Source of the DNA: an uncultured delta proteobacterium
GTDB taxonomy: Bacteria > Desulfobacterota > Binatia > UBA9968
Direction of reading: 5' to 3'
DNA: 64,000 bases
NCBI GenBank assembly: GCA_963745835.1
Contig: CAVUZH010000019.1
Span: 32,001 to 96,000 of the forward strand
How positions within the stretch are numbered: position 1 is the first letter of the stretch; each line of letters opens with the position of its first letter. Under the pieces are notes generated by a model. That model did not search any database. It had not been told where the DNA came from and saw only the letters and a program-made list of their open reading frames with translations. This document shows positions 48,257 to 58,734 of the stretch, in pieces. The translations under genes and the position numbers were made by a program.

Positions 48257-50329
48257 CTACGGAGCCTTAGGTCCGCCTCTTCTGGCACTGATCAGCCTGA
48301 TCGCTTCCTGATAATGCTCCATCGCCTCTTCTCTCTTCCCCTGAGCTGATAGGACTCGGGCAAGACTCTCGTGTGCGGCGGCCAGGTTTGCATCGATCTG
48401 CAGCGCGCTTTTGAAGGACTGCGCCGCCAAATCGAACCGATTCTGCGCCGCGTAAACGCTGCCAAGATAGAACCGAGCCTCTGCGGATTGCGGCCTGAGC
48501 CGGGCGGCCTCTCGCAACGGAGCATCAGCTTCATAGATGTTGCCTTGCTTCGCCAGGGCGACTCCGAGATTGAAATGCGCCCTGAAGATCGCTGGATCGA
48601 GCGCGATCGCCTTGCGAAATTGCTCGATGCCGGCCTGCAGATCACCTCGTTCGGCGAGAAGCTGTCCAAGATTGCTCCGGACCTCAGCATAGTTTGGATA
48701 GATCCGCAGCGCCTCTTCGAAATGTCGTTGCGCTAAAGCAAATTGACCACGACCAGCATAGAGGTTCCCGATGTTGTAATGGGCGACTCCGTAGCTCGGT
48801 TCTACTTCGATGGCCTTGAGCGCTGTTTGGATAGCCTCCTCGACTTTGCCCTGTTTGTAATAGGCATTGGACAGGTTGTTATAACCCCCGGCACCCGGCC
48901 CGCTAAATTCGAACATGGGCCAGTTGGTGAATATTGCGCAGGCGCAGAATACAGCGATCGTTCCGAACAGCGGACGCCAGCGTCCGTCTTTATAGAAGTG
49001 AATCATTTGCATCAAACCCGCGCCGGCAAAAAGGACCAGCAACGGGACCAGCGGAAAGCGATAACGGCCAAATACGTAGAAAACGGCGACACTTGCTGCA
49101 AGCGCCAGGATCATGACGTAGAGCAGCCACAATCGACGCCACCGTCCGAGTAAAACTAAGAGGCCAACAGCGGCGAAAGGGGCCAGAACTCCAAAATGGT
49201 TCAGCCGACCGAGCACGCCAAGCAACGATGACCACTGCCGATAGATGTAGAAATCATCCGAATCTTCTATCTCTCGGCCGTTCCATACCAGGACCCACTT
49301 CTTGGCCAGCAATCGCAGCCAATCGAACGGCTGTGTTTTGACGTAATCGAACGACTTGCCTAACCAGTGGCTGGATACCTCACCTGGGGAGAGACTGCGT
49401 TGCAACTCTCTTTCGGCCAATCGTTTAGCGTCGGGGCCTTCGAGTTGCGGCTCGCCGATCATGGCCCTGATCGACTTGTAGGTTCCGTCAGCGGCTGGAT
49501 TGTTGCCGATATAGAAGTTCGGCCCCAATTGCGAGGTCGTCAGTTTGAATTCCCCCCCCACAGCGAGATTGCGCAGCCCGACCGGCAGGAGGACCAAAAC
49601 TAAGCCGGCGAAGAACAAGCCAATCCGGCGCAGCCGCGCTGTTGGCGATAGCGCTGCGGAAGAGAACGCGATCCAGCACGGCACCACCAGGACCAAAATA
49701 AGCGCGTTCTCGCGCGACAAGGCTAAGAGACCAAGCACCGCACCGACACCAAACCACTTGGCCGGTTTCATTTCGTCGCTGACGCAAAAAATGAGAAACA
49801 AAATGGCCGTAAGTAAGAACAAATCAAGAATACTTTTTTCGATCAAGCCGTCGAAGAACAGCGCCGGCCCATAGCCGGCAAGAATGAATCCCGAAATGAT
49901 CCCTGCGTCACGTGAGAACAACTGTTGTCCGATCAAAAAGATCAACGAGCATGAAAGCGCCCCAAGCGTAATCTGTACGAGCCGTGCTAACCAAAGAGTT
50001 TCGCCGAAAAAGAATTGTAAGATTCCGAGAAAATAGGGATACAAAGGAGCTTGGTAGAAAACTCCCGCGCCCAGCCAGTCCCCCGCCGCGATCCGCTGGC
50101 CCCACTCGTGGTAAGTCCTGGCGTCGCCGGCGAGATGATAGAAGAGCGGGATGGATTCGATTTGAAAAAGGTAAATAAGACGAAGCGCAAAGGCTATAGC
50201 GAAAATAGTGGCAAACCAGAAACGATTGGTGCCATGTAGTGAGCGGTTCAGGGATGCGGGAGGAGCCCCTTTGTCGATCTTCTGATCGGTCGATGATCGT
50301 TTTCGTTTTGGTGATGGCTTGTTTAGCAA
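48257..50329 (-). CDS. GT39/ArnT-like glycosyltransferase with C-terminal TPRs
   Basis: GDARTYHEWGQRIAAGDW, FYQAPLYPYFLG, NFYIGNNP, RYRFPLVP, about 6 TPRs; start uncertain. Confidence 0.8.
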   Translation of the reverse strand: MLNKPSPKRKRSSTDQKIDKGAPPASLNRSLHGTNRFWFATIFAIAFALRLIYLFQIESIPLFYHLAGDARTYHEWGQRIAAGDWLGAGVFYQAPLYPYFLGILQFFFGETLWLARLVQITLGALSCSLIFLIGQQLFSRDAGIISGFILAGYGPALFFDGLIEKSILDLFLLTAILFLIFCVSDEMKPAKWFGVGAVLGLLALSRENALILVLVVPCWIAFSSAALSPTARLRRIGLFFAGLVLVLLPVGLRNLAVGGEFKLTTSQLGPNFYIGNNPAADGTYKSIRAMIGEPQLEGPDAKRLAERELQRSLSPGEVSSHWLGKSFDYVKTQPFDWLRLLAKKWVLVWNGREIEDSDDFYIYRQWSSLLGVLGRLNHFGVLAPFAAVGLLVLLGRWRRLWLLYVMILALAASVAVFYVFGRYRFPLVPLLVLFAGAGLMQMIHFYKDGRWRPLFGTIAVFCACAIFTNWPMFEFSGPGAGGYNNLSNAYYKQGKVEEAIQTALKAIEVEPSYGVAHYNIGNLYAGRGQFALAQRHFEEALRIYPNYAEVRSNLGQLLAERGDLQAGIEQFRKAIALDPAIFRAHFNLGVALAKQGNIYEADAPLREAARLRPQSAEARFYLGSVYAAQNRFDLAAQSFKSALQIDANLAAAHESLARVLSAQGKREEAMEHYQEAIRLISARRGGPKAP

Positions 50330-50363
50330 AGATTCCTCGTCGCTTCGCTCGCTCGGAATGACA
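50330..50363. repeat. Short palindromic REP-like element
   Basis: AGATTCCTCGTCGCTTCGCTCGCTCGGAATGACA (ATTCC...GGAAT stem around GCTTCGC); single copy in the window. Confidence 0.45.
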
Positions 50364-50407
50364 ATCCGCTTTTCATTCGACCAAAAGGAAAAACTTTTCC
50401 CGCCGCG

Positions 50408-52315
50408 TCACGGCAGATTCCGCGGAGTCGTGCGCGACTTCATTATCCGGACCGCCTCCTCAATATGTTTGACCGCTTCCTCCCCATTGCCTTGCAACAG
50501 TAGTGCGCGCCCCAGGCCTTCATGCGCTTCGGCGAAGTCCTGCTTGAACTTTGTTGCCTCACGGAAATGCTTCGTAGCCGCCGCCAAATCGCCCTGGCGT
50601 GCTAAAACAGTCGCCAAGCCAAAATGAATCTCGGCCTGCTGCGGATTTAGCTGCAGGGCCTCATCGTACTTCAGTTTGGCGTTCTGAAGATCGCCCTGTC
50701 TAGCAAGTATCCGCCCCATATTGAAAATGGCTTGCGAGTATTTGGGATTAGAATCTATCGCTTTCTGCAGCTCGGCCAACGAGCCCTTAATGTCTCCTCG
50801 CATCGCTAGGAGAAGACCTAAATTGTTGCGAGTTTCAGCGTCATTTGGATTGAATCGGAGCGCCTCGCGGTAATGATCGATCGCTTCAACGTGATTGCCG
50901 CGTTTTGCTAGAAACCTTGCTAGATTATAATGGGCGATGCTGGTTTCGGGGGCGATGCGAAGTACATGCTGCCACAGAGTCTTGGTATCGCGCCACACAC
51001 CTACTTGATTCCATGTCAGCACACCCAATCCGGCGACGATACCCATAGCCACTGCGGCAGCGCTAACTCTCCCCAGGATGCCTTGATCCCACCGTTGTCC
51101 CTGCTGCCAAATTGTGAAAAAGACTCCTCCCGCCAATGCCGCCCAACTGAGGCAAGACAGATAGCTGTACCGATCGGCGACTAACTGCGGCCCGCTCTGT
51201 GCTATTCCCAACATCGGTGACACAACTACGATATAGTAAACCCAACACGCAAGCAGCGCCGGCCATCGTCGCCTGAGGAGATATAACGCTATCGTGATGA
51301 AGATCACCGCCGCTACTGAAACGAGAAACAGCGGCATCCAAGCATCGAAATCAAACGGCAACTCATAAAGGGGAGAGAGCCGGACAGGTAGAACCGATTT
51401 CCACAGATAAAAGCCGATGCCGTAAAACGCCTGTGCCATGCGGTAAGAAAAGAAATGTTGTTGATCCTGCTTTAGGGCGCCGGCCTCCTGCTGTGCCGCA
51501 AGAGCGATGAGGCCGAACAAAACGGCCAAACCCAGGAAGGGTAATTTTTCTTGCATAACGGTTCGCCCTGCCGGCTTGAACCAGGTTGAAAACCTTGCCG
51601 GCAATCTTTTCAGCGGATAGATATCCAACAGTAACAGCACGACAGGGAGGGTTATGGCGGTTGCCTTGGAAAACAACGATAGTGCATGAGCCATCACCGC
51701 TGCCGTTAACCACCGGCGCCGGGTTTGGTTGTGCGGATTTTCCTGGGCGCGCAAATAGAGTTCGATGCACGCCAGGAAAAAGAGCCCGGATAGCACATCG
51801 CGCCGTTCCGTGGCCCAAGCCACCGACTCGACTCGCAACGGATGGACGGCGAATAACAGCGCCCCGAATCCGGCGGCCAAACTTAGGCCCAGCCCCGGGC
51901 GCTCGGCGCTTATTGAAAAGACAGTGGAAAACAGGCGTCTGCAGATAAAATAAAAAAGCACCGCATTGGCGGCGTGCAGCATGAGACTGGTTAAATGATA
52001 ACCAAACGGCTCGGTGCCCCAAATCAAATAGTCCAATCCGAAAGTCGTCCAACTCAGCGGCTGATAGTGACCCATATGGAACGTGCTAAACATCCAGCGC
52101 AGCTGCTTCCACCCCAGACCGCGGTAGTATGGATTTTCCAGCAGAGTATTGTCATCATCCCAGTCAACGAATCCGTTTTGTAAAACAGGAAAAAAAACCG
52201 CGCAGCTCAACAAAACGATCGTCACGGGCGTGATCCATCGACCAGGATCGCCTTTAACGGCAGTTTCGACTGGCTTACTTGATTTCCGGCTGCTTGTGGG
52301 GTTATTGCTTTTCAT
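50408..52315 (-). CDS. TMTC-like (protein O-mannosyltransferase-like) membrane protein with TPRs
   Basis: GFVDWDD, HYQPL, GYHLTSLMLH, FAVHPLRVESVAWATERRDVL, ADRYSYL, VWRDTKTLW, TPRs. Confidence 0.85.
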   Translation of the reverse strand: MKSNNPTSSRKSSKPVETAVKGDPGRWITPVTIVLLSCAVFFPVLQNGFVDWDDDNTLLENPYYRGLGWKQLRWMFSTFHMGHYQPLSWTTFGLDYLIWGTEPFGYHLTSLMLHAANAVLFYFICRRLFSTVFSISAERPGLGLSLAAGFGALLFAVHPLRVESVAWATERRDVLSGLFFLACIELYLRAQENPHNQTRRRWLTAAVMAHALSLFSKATAITLPVVLLLLDIYPLKRLPARFSTWFKPAGRTVMQEKLPFLGLAVLFGLIALAAQQEAGALKQDQQHFFSYRMAQAFYGIGFYLWKSVLPVRLSPLYELPFDFDAWMPLFLVSVAAVIFITIALYLLRRRWPALLACWVYYIVVVSPMLGIAQSGPQLVADRYSYLSCLSWAALAGGVFFTIWQQGQRWDQGILGRVSAAAVAMGIVAGLGVLTWNQVGVWRDTKTLWQHVLRIAPETSIAHYNLARFLAKRGNHVEAIDHYREALRFNPNDAETRNNLGLLLAMRGDIKGSLAELQKAIDSNPKYSQAIFNMGRILARQGDLQNAKLKYDEALQLNPQQAEIHFGLATVLARQGDLAAATKHFREATKFKQDFAEAHEGLGRALLLQGNGEEAVKHIEEAVRIMKSRTTPRNLP

Positions 52316-52336
52316 TCAAGAATTATCAGGGAGCAC

Positions 52337-53779
52337 ATGGCATATAACAGTCTGCAAGACTTCGTACAAGTTTTAGAACGCCAAGGCGAACTCAGGCGCA
52401 TTACCTATCCGGTCAAAGCCGAGTTGGAGATCACGGAGATTGCCGATCGCGTGATGAAAAATAACGGTCCCGCGTTGTTGTTCGAGAACGTCGCCGGCAA
52501 ACAGATTCCGGTTTTGATCAATGCCTTCGGCTCGCATAAACGCATGGCTCTGGCCTTGGGGGTCGACGATATAGAGGAAGTTGCGGGTGAGGTTCAAAAG
52601 CTGGTGCAAACCAAGCCGCCGAAGTCATTCATCGACAAGCTGCATCTCGTTTCAGAACTGGTAAAACTCGCGGGCATCCCGCCAAAAATTGTGAGTAAGG
52701 GCGAATGCCAGCAGATCATTCACCGGCAACCAGACTTGAGCATATTGCCCGTGCTCACCTGCTGGCCGGGAGACGCCGGACCGTTTATAACCTTGCCGAT
52801 GGTTTTTTCAAAAGATCCGGGCAAAGGAACTCGAAACGTAGGTCTCTATCGGATGCAAGTTTTTGATTCGCGCACTACCGGCATGCACTGGCACTTGCAT
52901 AAAGTAGGGGCGCGCCATTATCAGCACCAGAAAGCGCAAAGCCGGCGCATGGAGTTGGCTGTCTGCCTCGGCGGGGACCCCGCCATGATCTATGCCGCCA
53001 CAGCGCCGCTGCCGGATCAAATCGATGAGGTACTCTTTACTGGTTTCTTGCGCAGGAAAGGCGTGCGACTGGTCAAAGGCGTAACCGTCGAGGTGGAAGT
53101 ACCGGCAAACTCGGATATCGTGATTGAGGGCTACGTCGATCCGGCGGAGCCACTGCGCCGCGAAGGGCCGTTTGGAGATCATACCGGTTTTTATTCACTG
53201 GCCGACGACTACCCCGTATTTCACGTCACCTGCATCACCCAGAAAGAACATCCGATCTACCCAACGACCATAGTTGGTCGACCGCCGATGGAAGATGCCT
53301 ACATGGGTAAGGCGACCGAAAGAATCTTTCTGCCGCTTTTGCGCCTGACTTTTCCCGAGATTGTCGACATGAATTTGCCCGTGCATGGAGTGTTCCATAA
53401 CCTGGCGATCATCTCGATCAAGAAAGAATACCCCGCCCATGCGCGCAAGATCATGCACGCTCTCTGGGGCATGGGTCAGATGATGTTTACCAAGATTTTG
53501 GTGGTCGTTGACCACGACGTCAACGTGCACGATCTTTCGGAGGTAACCTGGGTAGCGGGAAACCACATCGATCCGCAACGCGACACGGTTGTCGTCGAAG
53601 GTCCGGTGGATGTCTTGGATCATGCGGCCCCGGTTCTCGGCTACGGGTCAAAGATCGGCATTGATGCAACACGCAAATGGCGCAGTGAAGGCTTCGAGCG
53701 CGAATGGCCCGAGGTCATTGTCATGGACGAAAACACCAAGAATTATATCGATTCGATTTGGCAAAAACTGGGCATTTGA
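52337..53779 (+). CDS. UbiD family decarboxylase (menaquinone/futalosine-pathway type)
   Basis: GPALLFEN, RNVGLYRMQ, REGPFGDHTGFYS, VGRPPMED, GSKIGIDATRK. Confidence 0.93.
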   Translation: MAYNSLQDFVQVLERQGELRRITYPVKAELEITEIADRVMKNNGPALLFENVAGKQIPVLINAFGSHKRMALALGVDDIEEVAGEVQKLVQTKPPKSFIDKLHLVSELVKLAGIPPKIVSKGECQQIIHRQPDLSILPVLTCWPGDAGPFITLPMVFSKDPGKGTRNVGLYRMQVFDSRTTGMHWHLHKVGARHYQHQKAQSRRMELAVCLGGDPAMIYAATAPLPDQIDEVLFTGFLRRKGVRLVKGVTVEVEVPANSDIVIEGYVDPAEPLRREGPFGDHTGFYSLADDYPVFHVTCITQKEHPIYPTTIVGRPPMEDAYMGKATERIFLPLLRLTFPEIVDMNLPVHGVFHNLAIISIKKEYPAHARKIMHALWGMGQMMFTKILVVVDHDVNVHDLSEVTWVAGNHIDPQRDTVVVEGPVDVLDHAAPVLGYGSKIGIDATRKWRSEGFEREWPEVIVMDENTKNYIDSIWQKLGI

Positions 53780-53869
53780 AATGCGCTTTCACAACGTCCA
53801 GCGCTCATTGGCGATAAATTTGACTCTCGTTTAGCTTAGCAGCGCGCTGATTTCCAGGCTTTAACCGCC

Positions 53870-54760
53870 ATGCTCGTCGAAAAAATTCGCAGCTACGCAA
53901 GTCTCGTCCGCTTTTCTCATACCGTTTTTGCGCTGCCGTTCGCGTTTGCTTCACTGGTTCTTGCGTGGCCAAGCCATCCGATAACTCTGATTACGGTCGT
54001 CTGGATATTGGTTGCCATGGTCGGCGCGCGTACCGCTGCCATGGGTTTTAATCGTCTGGCTGACCGTAAATTCGACGCATTGAATCCGCGCACCAAGAGT
54101 TGGGAATTGCCGAAGGGAACGGTGAAGACTTGGGAAGCGGGACTTCTGACGATCGTCGCGTCGATCATCTTCGTCTTCGGCGCCTACCAACTCAATTGGA
54201 CTTGTTTCGTGTTGTCTCCTGTAGCTTTGGCGGTCGTTTTCTTCTACTCGCTCACTAAACGTTTCACCTGGACATCACACCTGTTCCTCGGAGTCGGTCT
54301 TTCGCTTGCGCCAATCGGCGCTTGGCTAGCGGTGGCTGGCCGGCCAATTGATTTGCGGGAATTGGTGATTCCACTTTGTCTCGGTTTGGCGGTGGTATTT
54401 TGGCTGGCGGGCTTCGACATCATCTATTCACTGCAGGATCGCGAATTCGATCGCTCGCACGGATTACACTCGATTCCGGTTAGGTTCGGTGTCACTTGGG
54501 CATTGCGCCTCTCAAGCTTGTTTCATGTCTGCACCATAGTTTTCCTCATCCTGGTAGGTGTTGCCGCTAAGCTGGGAATTATTTACTGGATCGGCTGCCT
54601 GGCAGTTTCTCTCATCTTGATGTGGGAGCATCGTATTGTCAGGCCTAACGATCTTTCGCGCATCAATCGCGCTTTCTTCGATTTTAATGCTTACGTCAGC
54701 ATCGGTTATTTCTTGATTACACTGGCCGATGTTTTGATCTCCGGCACCACCGTCGGATGA
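53870..54760 (+). CDS. UbiA family prenyltransferase (MqnP-like)
   Basis: HTVFALPFA, ARTAAMGFNRLADRKFDALNPRT, YSLTKRFT, GFDIIYSLQDREFD. Confidence 0.92.
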   Translation: MLVEKIRSYASLVRFSHTVFALPFAFASLVLAWPSHPITLITVVWILVAMVGARTAAMGFNRLADRKFDALNPRTKSWELPKGTVKTWEAGLLTIVASIIFVFGAYQLNWTCFVLSPVALAVVFFYSLTKRFTWTSHLFLGVGLSLAPIGAWLAVAGRPIDLRELVIPLCLGLAVVFWLAGFDIIYSLQDREFDRSHGLHSIPVRFGVTWALRLSSLFHVCTIVFLILVGVAAKLGIIYWIGCLAVSLILMWEHRIVRPNDLSRINRAFFDFNAYVSIGYFLITLADVLISGTTVG

Positions 54761-55551
54761 TCAGCCTCTCTCTCATCTCGACTCTAACCGCATTGGGAGT
54801 CCTGGGCGGCTTTTTTGCGGGTCTGTTGGGCTTCGGTGGCGGCGTGATGATGTTTCCTCTTTTGTACTATATTCCGCCGCTGCTCGGCCTCTCCCGACTC
54901 GACGCAAAGACTGTCGCCGCTGTGGTTATTAGCCAGGTATTTTTCTCCACCATTATCGGCGGTATGGCTCATTTGCGCCACCGGCGCGTGCACCGGCGGA
55001 TTGTTTTAGGAGCGGGTCCGGCTTCCGCGTTGGGCTCATTTACCGGAGCGGTCTTATCGGGCAGGGTTTCCGAAGATCTGCTGCTGGCGCTGTTCGGAAT
55101 CATAACCGTTCTTGTATTGGGCATGATGTTTCTGCCTCCACCCGATCATGCCCGAGAGGATCTTTCGCAAGAGCAGATAATGGTAACCCTGCTACCGCTG
55201 ATTATCTGTTCACTCGCTGCAGGGTCTGTTATCGGCCTCCTCGGTGCCGGTAATTTCGTTTTTGTACCCTTACTGATCTATGTCTTGAAAGTGCCTACAC
55301 GAATAGCTATCGGCAGCAGCCTGTTCATCGCCATGATGAATACCTCCAGCGGCTTTTTAGGGAAGCTTCTGACTGGCCAGATTCCCTTACTGCTCGCCTT
55401 CAGCGTGGTCATCGGAGCAACTATCGGCGCGTTACTCGGTGAAAAGGTCCATGGCAACATTTCCGCCAAAGCTCTTCGGCAGATTTACGGCATCATGGTT
55501 GCGGTTATCGCTGCCCGGGTGTGGATGACCCTACTTGGATTCGCTACTTAG
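54757..55551 (+). CDS. TauE/SafE (TSUP) family transporter
   Basis: GFFAGLLGFGGG, AIGSSL, about 8 TM helices. Confidence 0.88.
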   Translation: MISLSLISTLTALGVLGGFFAGLLGFGGGVMMFPLLYYIPPLLGLSRLDAKTVAAVVISQVFFSTIIGGMAHLRHRRVHRRIVLGAGPASALGSFTGAVLSGRVSEDLLLALFGIITVLVLGMMFLPPPDHAREDLSQEQIMVTLLPLIICSLAAGSVIGLLGAGNFVFVPLLIYVLKVPTRIAIGSSLFIAMMNTSSGFLGKLLTGQIPLLLAFSVVIGATIGALLGEKVHGNISAKALRQIYGIMVAVIAARVWMTLLGFAT

Positions 55552-55788
55552 GGGGAAAACCCTGATCATACTTCGGAATATTAGTTGACCTAGCGATCTA
55601 GCGCGCCAGTAGCCGGTCACTCATTGACGGCATCACGTCGCCCAGCATATCGCCTCATGATCAAATCTTTTGCCCTAACTGTGGACCACAATCTTAGCTC
55701 AGACCGCGGTCCCCGCGGTCTGACGGCTGGTTACGTGCATATTGTTTTTTTAGATGCGCAGGATTATCTTTGTTGATCAGGAGGAATT

Positions 55789-56421
55789 ATGAAAACCAGC
55801 TTTTCAATCGCCCTAATTCTGCTCCTTTCGGGTTGCGCCGGTTTTCAAGCCGCTCGAGAGGTCAACTCAGGAAGACAGGCTTACCTTATCGGCAATAACG
55901 AAGCAGCCTATGCACATTTCCAAAGGGCTGCGGAAGTGGACCCAACTTATGTTTACGGCACTGCGCTACGCCAGGGAGTCTGGAGTTACGTTGGCCGGGT
56001 GAATTACGATATGGGGCGGCTCCCTCAAGCGCGCGAGGCACTTGAGCGAGCGCTTGCCGCTAATCGTGAAGAAGATCTTTCCAGACTTTATTTCGGCCTT
56101 GCGCTAGCTCGAGAGGGCGATCGCCAGAGAGGTCTTAAGGAGATCGAAGGTGGCCTGCGTGGAGTGCATCAATGGTTGGAGTATGTGGATCAGAACCACG
56201 GCGCCTCGTTTGGCCGGTTCTGGGATCCGTCGCGCGAAATCCGCTCGGCCATTCAGACGGACTTAGCGATGATTTCCGGGAGAGATATCGACTGGCCTAA
56301 GCTTATCACCGCCGGTGAATGGGTAGGAAAGCAAATGGAACTCGAGAACGATCGTGCCAGACGCGACGAGACCTTGGAGCGAAACCGCGAGAGCGACAGC
56401 GGTGGCGGCGAAGAGCCCTGA
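55789..56421 (+). CDS. TPR-like lipoprotein
   Basis: Lipobox LSGC, RBS AGGAGG, TPR-like helices. Confidence 0.82.
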   Translation: MKTSFSIALILLLSGCAGFQAAREVNSGRQAYLIGNNEAAYAHFQRAAEVDPTYVYGTALRQGVWSYVGRVNYDMGRLPQAREALERALAANREEDLSRLYFGLALAREGDRQRGLKEIEGGLRGVHQWLEYVDQNHGASFGRFWDPSREIRSAIQTDLAMISGRDIDWPKLITAGEWVGKQMELENDRARRDETLERNRESDSGGGEEP

Positions 56422-56424
56422 AAG

Positions 56425-57054
56425 TTAATTGTAAATCTGATTAGCGTTTTGCACCCCGGCGTTCTTGTGAAAATTTTCCTCATCGTCCACGAGTGCTAGA
56501 AGCCGGTCATTGGTCTGGAGGATATTGTCTTTTTCCTCCGGACCTTTAGCCAGAAGAAAGGCAGAGCGCCGCAGCGCCCCACGGACCACGCCCCTGCTGT
56601 CCCAATTTTTGTGATTGTGGTATCCCTCCACCATCACCTTATGCGCCAAGGTGATACCGCCCTTGAGCGAATCCATTCCTTTCTCGTTCTGTCCCAAGCG
56701 CATTTGGGTTAGTCCCAGCGCAATCCACGCGACCTCATTGTCTTTGTTGAGCGCCACTGCGCGTTGCAAGATAGCAAAGGCGTCCTGATACCGTCCTTTT
56801 CGATAATAAGCCCGGCCCAGGTAGGTCAAGCTATCCTTGTATAAGGGATCACGGCTGACGACGTACTCCAAAGCCTCCACCGCCCGGTCCATGTCGCCGC
56901 CTTTGCCGCGAAAGAATTGATCCCGCCCCTCTTCATATCGGCCGCCGACTCCAAATCTGGGGATCGCATGATTGCAGCCGATCAGCGCCACCAAAAGAAT
57001 CAGCGTGAAAAACGAAAACAGAACATTTCTTCGGTCTATGACTAAACTTTTCAT
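56425..57054 (-). CDS. TPR-like lipoprotein
   Basis: Lipobox LIGC; TYLGRAYYRKGRYQDA; start moved to ATG 57054 because the longer ORF crosses a terminator. Confidence 0.8.
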   Translation of the reverse strand: MKSLVIDRRNVLFSFFTLILLVALIGCNHAIPRFGVGGRYEEGRDQFFRGKGGDMDRAVEALEYVVSRDPLYKDSLTYLGRAYYRKGRYQDAFAILQRAVALNKDNEVAWIALGLTQMRLGQNEKGMDSLKGGITLAHKVMVEGYHNHKNWDSRGVVRGALRRSAFLLAKGPEEKDNILQTNDRLLALVDDEENFHKNAGVQNANQIYN

Positions 57055-57160
57055 GGATACTTTGTTCCTTTTGGGCTTGCTCGCGCTCGTTACAGACGCG
57101 GGTTTGTTTTCGAAATAATACGGCGTCACTCCGAATTTGCAAGAAGTAGCTAGTGTGAAA

Positions 57161-57198
57161 CCAAAAAAAAGGGGAGTCATTTCTGACTCCCCTTTTGG
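57161..57198 (-). terminator. Intrinsic terminator of the porin gene (probably bidirectional)
   Basis: AAAAGGGGAGTCA-TTTC-TGACTCCCCTTTT with an 8-T run on the minus strand. Confidence 0.9.
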
Positions 57199-57217
57199 TT
57201 GCAAGCGTTAAACGCGC

Positions 57218-58734
57218 TTAGAACGTATAGCGCCAGTTTAGGAACAGTGTCTGCCAGTCGCCGCCTTTACCGTTTCTGCAACCGGTAGCAGGGGTAACGT
57301 TTGGCGTCTTGCAAACGTCAAGGTTATGGGCCGCCTGGTTGGCCCCGTTGCGCAAGTTCGACGCATCGTACCAGAGCCAGTTAACGCCAATGCTCATGCG
57401 CGGCGCGACAAAATACCAGATGTCCGCTTCCCGCAAGAGAATCCGGTTGCGGTGGAACTGGTTCAGTTGAGCGCTACCGCCGGCAGCCACGATGCTAGCG
57501 CAGGTAATCCCGGTGTTGCCGTTACATCCCACCTCCATGTCGACTCGCTCAAAATGACCGCCCAAAAGAATCGATCCCGCCGTATTCGCAGAACCGGTTA
57601 GGAAACCCTTGGGGCTCCATATGAACAGGTCGGAACCGACCAACCAACTGTCACCTTTCTTGTGCCCTCTGGTTCCGCCATCATCTTCACTTCTCTGGCG
57701 ATGGGCCATGGCGCGGAAGGTGACGGGACCAAGATTCCAGACGATGCCAGGGGTCAGACCGATATGCCAGCCGTCGCCGATGCTCCCTGCGCCGCTGTCG
57801 AACAATGTCTGGCGGCCGCCGTCACCATGATCCTGGATCCGATAACGATCGCACCCGTTATTTAGCGCGCGGCCATCGTGGTTACAGAACCATGCGCCCA
57901 TCTCGAAGGTTAGACCCTGGATAAAGAAACTCTTCAGTTGCGAAAACGGCTGAACGCTCAAATAAGTATTGAAATCTTTCTTATCGGTGAAACTGCTCAA
58001 GTCCGTCATCACTCTCGCCGAATGAAGCCATCCCGAGTTGGAAACGGCCGATCCGTCCGGTGAAGAGCGGCCTGTCGTCCCAGTTCAGGATGATACCCTG
58101 ACCAGCGCGGCCGGTGTTGAAACCGTTGTTGCGTGTGTGCAAGTCGTATTCAGCCTGTGCGCCTACGGCGCCGGAGCCCTGGCGCGCAGTGCTCATGCTG
58201 CCCGAAACTTCCATGCCAAGCTGCACGGTCGGCATGAAGGGATTAAGGTTTTCCAAATGGACGTTTACAACGCCGCGTTGCAGTATGGAGCCGACCTCGT
58301 CTCCAGTTGAGTTCTTGGCGTTACCGGTGCCGAAACCATCCATATCGAATGTTGCCTCGAGCTCCCACAAGCAGTTGTTGATGCAGAAAAAGAACCCCGG
58401 CCGGAAACGACGGCCCATGATCTCGCCATTGGTACGGCCGACGTGCTCGCGCCCTTCTTCGAACAGCATGCGGAAGTGAGTTTCGATCGTCGGGTCGGAA
58501 AGACCAGGACTTGTCCGCAGCTTCAATGTTGAGACCGTTACCCGGACGGTAACTAAAACTCGGCATAGCGGCTGCCGCTTCGGTGGCCTCTTTCTTCAAC
58601 TCGATCTGCTGCTCTTTTAACTGCAACAGCTCTTGCTCAAGCGCCTGGATCTTTTGATCGACGTTTTGCGCAAGGGCCGGGGCAGCCAGAAGGAACGCAG
58701 ATAGCATTCCCAAGCCCAAAAACCTCTTCTTCAT
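57218..58734 (-). CDS. Outer-membrane beta-barrel, OprO/P-like porin; +1 frameshifts near 58493 and 58001
   Basis: RBS AGGAGG; signal MKKRFLGLGMLSAFLLAAPALA; coiled coil QKIQALEQELLQLKEQQ; RRFRP; C-terminal LFLNWRYTF; three consecutive ORFs, span is 3n+2. Confidence 0.78.

Noticed and set aside
55699-55723. 11-bp inverted repeat TCAGACCGCGG-TCC-CCGCGGTCTGA
   Set aside because: No U-tract and no second copy; function cannot be supported
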